Source of the DNA: Octopus sinensis
Lineage: Eukaryota
Direction: 5' to 3'
NCBI RefSeq assembly: GCF_006345805.1
Contig: NC_043018.1
Span: forward strand, 21,204,001 to 21,268,000
Length of the DNA stretch: 64,000 bases
Below, in pieces: positions 13,501-25,300 of this stretch. The position numbers were made by a program, and so were the translations under genes. The notes beneath the pieces are model-generated. The model was not told where the DNA came from. It made no database searches and saw nothing but the letters and a program-made list of their open reading frames with translations. How positions within the stretch are numbered: the stretch's first letter is position 1; each line of letters starts with the position of its first letter.

Positions 13501-16500
13501 TAAATCCTACAGAATACTGCTTGTCTTCCAGCAAGTGAAGTTTGTCACTTGGTTTTAATTGAAGTTATTTCACCTGTAAGAAACTGAGTTTGGTCAGTTG
13601 AATGTTTATTGTGAAAGAGTGATTTGGAAAACCATAAGTGGGTTAATTAAGGCTTTGAGCAGTGAGTCAGAAAATGAAGACATTCTGTGAATTAATTCTG
13701 GTAAGATATAAGCAGAGCAGACTGAAGAATGTCAGGTGTTTTGGATGTTTTAGAATTAATCCTTTAGCATTTATATTATTCTCTCGTTATGTAATGCTTA
13801 TTTATTCACATGGTTTTGAATTTATCATACATTATCTCATTACTTGAGAATTTTGATGATATGATTGCATATTTCTAGAATAACATTGTAAGGTAGGTGT
13901 GAGAAGCCAGATCTGGCTGGTTTGAACTTAAATAGGTATGCTGAAGATTTAAGCTGATTCTTCAGTGACGTGCATCTAAGGATTCTTCATTGATAACCTA
14001 ACTCGTGACATTAAAATATTGAAACTAAATTGCATATTTCTAGAATAACATTGTAAGGTAGGTGTGAGAAGCCGGATCTGGCTGGTTTGAACTTAAATAG
14101 GTATGCTGAAGATTTAAGCTGATTCTTCATTGACGTGCATCTAAGGATTCTTCATTGATAACCTAACTCTTGACATTAAAATATTGAAACTAAATTGCAT
14201 ATTTCTAGAATAACATTGTAAGGTAGGTGTGAGAAGCCAGATCTGGCTGGTTTGAACTTAAATAGGTATGCTGAAGATTTAAGCTGATTCTTCATTGACG
14301 TGCATCTAAGGATTCTTCATTGATAACCTAACTCGTGACATTAAAATATTGAAACTAAATTGCATATTTCTAGAATAACATTGTAAGGTAGGTGTGAGAA
14401 GCCGGATCTGGCTGGTTTGAACTTAAATAGGTATGCTGAAGATTTAAGCTGATTCTTCATTGACGTGCATCTAAGGATTCTTCATTGATAACCTAACTCG
14501 TGACATTAAAATATTGAAACTAAATTGCATATTTCTAGAATAACATTGTAAGGTAGGTGTGAGAAGCCGGATCTGGCTGGTTTGAACTTAAATAGGTATG
14601 CTGAAGATTTAAGCTGATTCTTCATTGACGTGCATCTAAGGATTCTTCATTGATAACCTAACTCTTGACATTAAAATATTGAAACTAAATTGCATATTTC
14701 TAGAATAACATTGTAAGGTAGGTGTGAGAAGCCGGATCTGGCTGGTTTGAACTAAATAGGTATGCTGAAGATTTAAGCTGATTCTTCATGACGTGCATCT
14801 AAGGATTCTTCATTGATAACCTAACTCGTGACATTAAAATATTGAAACTAAATTGCATATTTCTAGAATAACATTGTAAGGTAGGTGTGAGAAGCCGGAT
14901 CTGGCTGGTTTGAACTTAAATAGGTATGCTGAAGATTTAAGCTGATTCTTCATTGACGTGCATCTAAGGATTCTTCATTGATAACCTAACTCTTGACATT
15001 AAAATATTGAAACTAAATTGCATATTTCTAGAATAACATTGTAAGGTAGGTGTGAGAAGCCAGATCTGGCTGGTTTGAACTTAAATAGGTATGCTGAAGA
15101 TTTAAGCTGATTCTTCATTGACGTGCATCTAAGGATTCTTCATTGATAACCTAACTCGTGACATTAAAATATTGAAACTAAATTGCATATTTCTAGAATA
15201 ACATTGTAAGGTAGGTGTGAGAAGCCGATCTGGCTGGTTTGAACTTAAATAGGTATGCTGAAGATTTAAGCTGATTCTTCAGTGACGTGCATCTAAGGAT
15301 TCTTCATTGATAACCTAACTCTGACATTAAAATGTTGAAACTAAATTGCATTTTCTAGAATAACATTGTAAGGTAGGTGTGAGAAGCAGATCTGGCTGGT
15401 TTGAACTTAAATAGGTATGCTGAAGATTAAGCTGATTCTTCAGTGACGTGCATCTAAGGATTCTTCATTGATAACCTAACTCTTGACATTAAAATGTTGA
15501 AACTAAATTGCATATTTCTAGAATAACATTGTAAGGTAGGTGTGAGAAGCCAGATCTGGCTGGTTTGAACTTAAATAGGTATGCTGAAGATTTAAGCTGA
15601 TTCTTCAGTGACGTGCATCTAAGGATTCTTCATTGATAACCTAACTCTTGACATTAAAATGTTGAAACTAAATTGCATATTTCTAGAATAACATTGTAAG
15701 GTAGGTGTGAGAAGCCAGATCTGGCTGGTTTGAACTTAAATAGGTATGCTGAAGATTTAAGCTGATTCTTCAGTGACGTGCATCTAAGGATTCTTCATTG
15801 ATAACCTAACTCTTGACATTAAAATGTTGAAACTAAATTGCATATTTCTAGAATAACATTGTAAGGTAGGTGTGAGAAGCCGGATCTGGCTGGTTTGAAC
15901 TTAAATAGGTATGCTGAAGATTTAAGCTGATTCTTCAGTGACGTGCATCTAAGGATCTTCATTGATAACCTAACTCTTGACATTAAAATGTTGAAACTAA
16001 ATTGCATATTTCTAGAATAACATTGTAAGGTAGGTGTGAGAAGCCGAATCTGGCTGGTTTGAACTTAAATAGGTATGCTGAAGATTTAAGCTGATTCTTC
16101 AGTGACGTGCATCTAAGGATTCTTCATTGATAACCTAACTCTTGACATTAAAATGTTGAAACTAAATTGCATATTTCTAGAATAACATTGTAAGGTAGGT
16201 GTGAGAAGCAGATCTGGCTGGTTTGAACTTAAATAGGTATGCTGAAGATTTAAGCTGATTCTTCAGTGACGTGCATCTAAGGATTCTTCATTGATAACCT
16301 AACTCTTGACATTAAAATGTTGAAACTAAATTGCATATTCTAGAATAACATTGTAAGGTAGGGTGAGAAGCCAGATCTGGCTGGTTTGAACTTAAATAGG
16401 TATGCTGAAGATTTAAGCTGATTCTTCAGTGACGTGCATCTAAGGATTCTTCATTGATAACCTAACTCTTGACATTAAAATGTTGAAACTAAATTGCATA

Positions 16501-19500
16501 TTTCTAGAATAACATTGTAAGGTAGGTGTGAGAAGCCAGATCTGGCTGGTTTGAACTTAAATAGGTATGCTGAAGATTAAGCTGATTCTTCAGTGACGTG
16601 CATCTAAGGATTCTTCATTGATAACCTAACTCTTGACATTAAAATGTTGAAACTAAATGCATATTTCTAGAATAACATGTAAGGTAGGTGTGAGAAGCCA
16701 GATCTGGCTGGTTTGAACTTAAATAGGTATGCTGAAGATTTAAGCTGATTCTTCAGTGACGTGCATAAGGATTCTTCATTGATAACCTAACTCTTGACAT
16801 TAAAATGTGTTGAAACTAAATTGCATATTTCTAGAATAACATTGTAAGGTAGGTGTGAGAAGCAGATCTGGCTGGTTTGAACTTAAATAGGTATGCTGAA
16901 GATTTAAGCTGATTCTTCAGTGACGTGCATCTAAGGATTCTTCATTGATAACTAACTCTTGACATTAAAATGTTGAAACTAAATTGCATATTTCTAGAAT
17001 AACATTGGTAAGGTAGGTGTGAGAAGCCGGATCTGGCTGGTTTGAACTTAAATAGGTATGCTGAAGATTTAAGCTGATTCTTCAGTGACGTGCATCTAAG
17101 GATTCTTCATTGATAACCTAACTCTTGACATTAAAATGTTGAAACTAAATTGCATATTTCTAGAATAACATTGTAAGGTAGGTGTGAGAAGCCGGATCTG
17201 GCTGGTTTGAACTTAAATAGGTATGCTGAAGATTTAAGCTGATTCTTCAGTGACGTGCATCTAAGGATTCTTCATTGATAACCTAACTCTTGACATTAAA
17301 ATGTTGAAACTAAATTGCATATTTCTAGAATAACATGTAAGGTAGGTGTGAGAAGCCAGATCTGGCTGGTTTGAACTTAAATAGGTATGCTGAAGATTTA
17401 AGCTGATTCTTCAGTGACGTGCATCTAAGGATTCTTCATTGATAACCTAACTCTTGACATTAAAATGTTGAAACTAAATTGCATATTTCTAGAATAACAT
17501 TGTAAGGTAGGTGTGAGAAGCCGGATCTGGCTGGTTTGAACTTAAATAGGTATGCTGAAGATTTAAGCTGATTCTTCAGTGACGTGCATCTAAGGATTCT
17601 TCATTGATAACCTAACTCTTGACATTAAAATGTTGAAACTAAATTGCATATTTCTAGAATAACATTGTAAGGTAGGTGTGAGAAGCCAGATCTGGCTGGT
17701 TTGAACTTAAATAGGTATGCTGAAGATTTAAGCTGATTCTTCAGTGACGTGCATCTAAGGATTCTTCATTGATAACCTAACTCGTGACATTAAAATATTG
17801 AAACTAAATTGCATATTTCTAGAATAACATTGTAAGGTAGGTGTGAGAAGCCGGATCTGGCTGGTTTGAACTTAAATAGGTATGCTGAAGATTTAAGCTG
17901 ATTCTTCAGTGACGTGCATCTAAGGATTCTTCGTTGATAACCTAACTCTTGACATTAAAATATTGAAACTAAATTGCATATTTCTAGAATAACATTGTAA
18001 GGTAGGTGTGAGAAGCCAGATCTGGCTGGTTTGAACTTAAATAGGTATGCTGAAGATTTAAGCTGATTCTTCATTGACGTGCATCTAAGGATTCTTCATT
18101 GATAACCTAACTTGTGACATTAAAATATTGAAACTAAATTGCATATTTCTAGAATAACATTGTAGGTAGGTGTGAGAAGCCGATCTGGCTGGTTTGAACT
18201 TAAATAGGTATGATTGATCCTTAGATTTTCAGCATGATTCTTCATTGATTTTAACTCTATCATATTCTCTTGATTGATAACCTGTCTGTGTGACATTAAA
18301 ATATGAACTGAAACTCTTTAAATTGCATCTAATACATCCTCTGGAATCGTTTGAAACAAACATTGTAAGCTAGTGTTGAGAGAATACCAGATCTGGAGTG
18401 GTTTGAACTTAAATAGGTATGCTGAAGATTTAAGCTGATTCTTCATTGACGTGCATCTAAGGATTCTTCGTTGATAACCTAACTCTTGACATTAAAATAT
18501 TGAAACTAAATTGCATATTTCTAGAATAACATTGTAAGGTAGGTGTGAGAAGCCGGATCTGCTGGTTTGAACTTAAATAGGTATGCTGAAGATTTAAGCT
18601 GATTCTTCAGTGACGTGCATCTAAGGATTCTTCGTTGATAACCTAACTCTTGACATTAAAATATTGAAACTAAATTGCATATTTCTAGAATAACATTGTA
18701 AGGTAGGTGTGAGAAGCCGGATCTGGCTGGTTTGAACTTAAATAGGTATGCTGAGATTTAAAGCTGATTCTTCATTGACGTGCATCTAAGGATTCTTCGT
18801 TGATAACCTAACTCTTGACATTAAAATTGAAACTAAATTGCATATTTCTAGAATAACATTGTAAGGTAGGTGTGAGAAGCCGGATCTGGCTGGTTTGAAC
18901 TTAAATAGGTATGCTGAAGATTTAAGCTGATTCTTCATTGACGTGCATCTAAGGATTCTTCGTTGATAACCTAACTCGTGACATTAAAATATTGAAACTA
19001 AATTGCATATTTCTAGAATAACATTGTAAGGTAGGTGTGAGAAGCCGGATCTGGCTGGTTTGAACTTAAATAGGTATGCTGAAGATTTAAGCTGAGTCTT
19101 CATTGACGTGCATCTAAGGATTCTTCATTGATAACCTGACTCGTGACATTAAAATATTGAAACTAAATTTGGATATGAACGTCATCTTTTTTTCATTTGT
19201 TTCTCTTCAGATAATTGATGTACGGAAACAAACAAAAGCAGAAAAGAAACGACTAGCAATGGCTGTTCGGATGAAACAACTTGGTGCTTTGGGCATGACG
19301 GTGAGTATGAGAGTCCTGAAGACTTGATGGAATCAACGTTGACACCAGTACATGCGTCTCCTCTACCCTTGTATAGTCTTTTATTTGATTAGTGTCAGTC
19401 ATTGGGGTGCGGTTATATTGGGGGAGTTCCTTGAAGAGTTCAGTTACTTGTTTCAATCCCAGTTTTGATTTTGGTCGGGTGTAGACAGGGTGGCCCAAAA

Positions 19501-22273
19501 GTAGGCTTACGGTTATTTAACTATCCCTTTCACATTCATATATTAACAGTTTAGATCTTAATTATATAAAAAAATATGAAACCATTATCCAGCAAGATGG
19601 AGCACCTCCACATTATGCGTTGACAGTAAGAGACTACCTTAACCAAGCCTTTCCACAGCATTGGTTTGGAAGACGGGGCAGCATCGAATGGCTGGCCACC
19701 ATGTTTACCTGACCTGACACCAACGGAGTTCTTTTTTTTTTGGAGTGTTGTAAAGAACAAGGTTTACGAGAAGAATCCCCAAAACAGTAAATGACTTAAA
19801 AGATTACATTTTTGATGCATTCACTGGAATTGAGGGAGATTGGAATTTGTGCTGCACTGTGTGTCGGTGTGTTCTGAAGAGGTTTGAAGAATGTTGCAAT
19901 ATCAAAGGAGGACATTTTGAGAATCTGAGAGATTAAGAATTGTCTGCTTAAGATGTGTATAAACACAAGAGGAGTGTAAGGATATTGACTGGTACAGTTA
20001 AAGGTGATAGGCAATTTGATGTCTATACCAGCAGCATTAGTTGTGGAAGACTGAAAGAGCCACAGCCTGGGCTGTTCCCCTGCAAGAGAGTAACTTCTGT
20101 GATTCTACCAACTACCAATCTATTGACTTGACTTCCATCGTCTCAAAGATGCTGGAAATAGTTAGTAGCGATCACATTTTTTCATCACCTTCCATCTCTC
20201 TTCAGTGGTCACTTTTCTAACCACTGATAAGCCAGATCTAATGGGGGTTTGCTTTTTTATATCAATCACCAGCTGTGGGACTTCATTAATGAGAACTTCA
20301 GCAAAAGTAATTTTATTACATTTGACATCAGCAAAACCTTCAGTTGTGCCTGACATGAGTAGCTCTGAGCAAAGTTGCCCATTTATGGTCCCATGTTTGT
20401 CTCTCAGTTCTGGAATCGGAAGCTTCCTCTCATATTGTGCCATTACAGCTAATGCAGGTAGGCCTCCTTCTAACCCACACTTTATCAACTAGGTACTCCA
20501 AAGTTTGGTAATATCTTTGGCAGTCTTCCATCTGTGCATTAGCAACTTATTTGTTGTCACTTCTCACAACACAAATTCCCTGTTTAACTTTCAGCATGAA
20601 GTATCATTCATATATAGCTTGAGCACTTTTTCCTCTTTTCAGCCAATATCATGGATGCAATTACCATAAGGAAACCAATACTAATCAGTTGTGCTTCGTT
20701 ATATTTTTCAGACAAATGAAAAGGGCCAAGTAACTGTCAAAAGTTCTGTTCTCAAACAAATGGAAGAATTAAAGGAAGAAATAGGTCTTACTTGTTGTAT
20801 TTGTCGAGAAGGTTATAAATATCAACCACAGAAGGTTAGTGTGTTTTGTTCTCTTTTAACAACTGTTTAATTATTTGCCTTATGATAACGAGTGAAAATA
20901 CCCAACTAGATGATAATATGAGCTTGTGTTTTTTTCCTTAACGAAAGCATTTTGAAATTATCACATTTTGTCTTTATAATTATATAGATGCAGGTCTTCA
21001 GTATCTGCTTTGGCAAGGTTTCTAAGGCTGGATGCCCTTCCTAACACCAATCACTTTACAGAGTGCACAGGGTGCTTTTATATGGCACCAGCACTAGTTA
21101 TGCTGCCAAGTATCTCACAAGACGTGACAGTAGGGGTGGGGATGGGTGCAGTACCAGGTTTTGAGTTGTTAAAGTATGGTAGAGGGACAGAAACTGGTGT
21201 TTTGCTGTAGAAGAGATACCTGGCCATCCCAACAGAAAAAAGATAGTGGAGATGAGGTATCAGGGCATGCCATCTAGGTACAAAATGGTGAATAAAAAAA
21301 AAAAGAGTAGATGCAAGAATTGAGGATGGGTGGGTGGGTACTTATGGGTACATATTATTATATTACTTATTATGATTTATAAAGTTTATTTTAATATAAT
21401 TCATTTTTTTCTCCCTGTTGTGAATAGGTCTTAGGTATTTATACATTTACTAAACGAGCCAACCTTGACAACTATGAGAATAAGACAAGGAAGTCACAAG
21501 GCTACAGTACAGTATCCCACTTTAATGTCGTGCATGTTGACTGTCACACGGCTGCTGTCAGGTTTGTCATTTCTCGTTTTCATTCTGTTATTATTTTGAC
21601 ATTTTCCTTGGTGTGTGTTGCCTTCATTTGTTTCTAAATAAATATCTGATCCCGTCTGTTGTTTGTTATTGATTAGACATGCAAGAGGTCGAGAGGAATG
21701 GGAAAGTGCTGCTTTACAAAACGCAAACACTAAGTGCAATGGTTTATTACCTCTGTGGGGCCCGCAAGTCCAGGAGTCAGTGTTTGCCACTTGTCTTGCC
21801 AGGTAAGTCATTTTCAACACTTAACAGTCGACAAATTTATATTAAAAACCAAAGCTTTTTGAAAGACCTCATGTTTTCTTCATAGTTGTCAGGCAGAAAA
21901 CACCTTAGAGCAGATCAGATGTAAACTATACCTTTACTTTAGCGGAGGTGGAGGTGATAAATTTATTCAGTCTTGTTAATTTTGCAAAATTAAACTTCAG
22001 GTATTCTTTATAAAATGTTTGTGTGTGCATCTGTGTATTTATGTATATGTGTAGGTATATACACAGATATCACTAAAGCAGTAGATACCATCATTTTGGA
22101 AAAATTCCTAGAAGCAAAACCTTGTCATTTGATACATTTAAATACTTAATCTAGTGTGTAGTAGACATGCCTTGTATGTAACACAGTAGCAAGACTGAAG
22201 CACCGACTAATGTCTGCACTGATAAAATGATATGAAGAGAGCTATCTATTTATTTTTGAGATGTGTATGTATG

Positions 22274-22329
<56 letters not shown>

Positions 22330-25300
22330 CTTGATTTTTTCTTCTTCAGGCATAATGCTTACTTACAAGAATGTACTGGTGTCCGGGATCCAAGCTATCC
22401 GTACACCATACAAGATATAAAGTTGTTACTGTTAAGGTTTTCTCATGAAAAGTCTTTCAGTGAAGACAGTGGAGGAGGTGGTCGCCAAAGTAATATGCAC
22501 CTTGTACCGTACTTAATGCACATGGCATTATATGTCATAAACACGTGAGTATCTCTTTGTCTCTCTCTCACTTATCCACCTTACATACAACTCTCTTTTT
22601 CTATTAAAAAAAAAAAATCTTAGTTTAACCTTAAAATCTTTAGAATTTTTGTATTTCTATTTCCAATCCTTTTTCTCCCTAGTGTACAGAAAGAGTTTAA
22701 CAATTATATCTGCTCAAAGATTTGTGCCAATATAGTGTAGTTTGGCCCTGAATATGAACTTTCAACTCCTCCTGTCTTAGTTTTTACAATAAATGCATTT
22801 GGGTCATGTTATTGGCTTTAATCTAAAAAGAATTTGTAATTAACATATTTTATCAAAATAAACATATTCAAAATACAATATCCTCACAGACCATTTTCTA
22901 AAATCGTCATCGATTCTAAGGGGTGTCAATGTGGAAGGAGAAGTGGCTAAAGCGGGTCAATGTTTGAAAACATTTGGCGACCCTTGATTTACATCTGACA
23001 ATCACTTACACGTGATGCCAAGGCACATGTGTGCACATACACACAAAATGAGCTCCTTTCAGTTTCCGTCTACCAAACCCACTTGCAAAGCTTTGATCAG
23101 CCTGGGGCTAAAGTAGAAGACACTTGCTCAGAGTGCCATGCAGTAGGACTGAACCCGGAACCATATGGTTGGAGAGCAAACTTCTTACCACACAGCCACA
23201 CCTGCACTTAATCAGAAAAAAAAAAACGTAATTGACCAACTTTAATCTAGTTCAAAATTATTTTTATGAATTGTTTACAGAATGAAGCATACAACGAATG
23301 CAATTGTTTCTATTTCAGAACTCGGTCCGTTCCTCGAGAAGAAAAGAATCTTAGTAACTTTTTGGAAATGCCTAAAGAGAAATGGGTAGAAAACTGTTTT
23401 GAGGTAAAGAGAAACAATAGGATTTTAATAAAAACTTTGAGCTTTTTCCACAATCCTGTCTTACTTGGCTTTGTATATTAAAAGGGAAGTGGTTGGTGTC
23501 TAATTTCAATTTTTAATTTTGTTCAACAGGCAGAAGGTCCGTTGTATTGGTCAGTGATGGCTGTTCATATTTTATCACCTCAAAAGTGGAGAGATCACCG
23601 AGTTAGTCTGATTGAGCGACTCTTTATCCTTGCACATGCGAGAAATGTTTGCTCGACTGGAGCGAAAGCGTAAGTCATCTTTCTTTTTTTATCTTTTACT
23701 TGTGTTACTCACCACCAAACTGCACCCATACTGGAGCACCGCCTTGAAGGGTTTTAAATGAAGAAGCCAACGACAGTACTTTTCATTTTAAGTCTGGTAT
23801 TCATTCTGTTGGTCCGGTTTGCCAAATTGCTAAGTTACTGGGATGTAAACAAACCAGTACCGGTTGTCAAGTGGTGGCGGAGGACAGACTCACATGCACG
23901 TGCGCACATGCACACTGGTCTTCTTCCAGTTACCATCTGCCAGATCCATTTGCAAGGCTTTGGTCTGCCTAGGGCTATAGTCTGATAGAAGGCATTTGCC
24001 CAAGGTGCCGTACAGTGGGACTGAACCTGGAACCATATGGTTGGGAAGCAAGTTTCTTACCCACACATTCACATCTGCACTCAAGTTGGTGATTCCTTGT
24101 TTATTTCATGTAAAAGACTGAAAAAAAAAAAAGTATTGAAAATGAATCCAATTAAATAAGGAGGTGGGGAACTTCTAACTCTGAAAATTCCTCTGAGAAT
24201 TTTAAGCTCAAAGTTGCCAAATGTCAGTGCATTATTGCTACTGTTTCATCAGAAAGTAGGAACCTAATCCAAATGTGATAATCCTAATCTTGTTATATTC
24301 TTGAGCATTTTCAAACATATCTCTCTTATAAAGTTTAATGTAAAATTTGTTTATTGCTTGATATCCTTCTGTGATATTTTTGTGATCTACTTTACAATGA
24401 GAAGTAATATTGTTTTATCATATCTTATTTACAGATTACCAGATCGTACACTGAAAGATCTTTCCGTATATAAACCTGCCTTTGTATTTTTTGGTCTCTT
24501 ATCCGGGTTATATGACAAAATCTTTAAGGTGAGTTACTTATTTCTTTTGCAATTTAAAACATAGTCACAATATTTAAATTGTTTGTGGAAAAGTTGTGCA
24601 TAAAAAGCACTGGTGCTGGACCCACATAAAAAGCATCCATGCTGATGCCACAGGAAAAGCACCTGTGCTGGTGGCACGTAAAGGGTGCCGGTGACACGTA
24701 AAGGGCTCCTGTGCCAGTGACACGTAAAGGGCTCCTGTGCCAGTGACATGTGAAGGTCTCTTGTGCTGGTGACACGAAAAAGGGCACCCATGCTGGTGAC
24801 ACGAAAAAGGGCACCCATGCCGGTGACATGTAAAGGGCACGTAAAGAGCTCCCACTACATTCTATAAAGTGGTTGGCATTAGGAAGGGCATCCAGCCATA
24901 GAAACCATGCCAAAACAAACAATTGCATCCTAATGCAACTCTCTGGCTGGTCAGCTTCTATCAAACCATCCAACGCATGCCAGCATGGAAAATGGATGTT
25001 AAATAATGATGATGAAATCAGTGTTCCTTGTCCAGACTGACGGAGATATTCAGGCATCTGCTCCAAGTGAATTTAGGTTTCCAACAGCTTCTACAGGTGA
25101 CATATCAACCCTATTGTTTACCTCCTCCAACATACAACAAGGCCACCACTACCAATTCTCCCCCCCCCCGTCTAAAAGTAACATGACAAATGGTAGATTT
25201 ATTCACCTTGCAAGAGTCTAGAAGTCTTAAGATCTCCTTATTTTTTCTTGTACATCAGTTTTTGTCTTGGCATCATTTGGAGGTTGTAAAGGAGCATCGT

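Noticed and set aside
13866-19168. CRISPR array
   Set aside because: Head-to-tail identical units with no unique spacers, inside a spliceosomal intron, and no cas genes.
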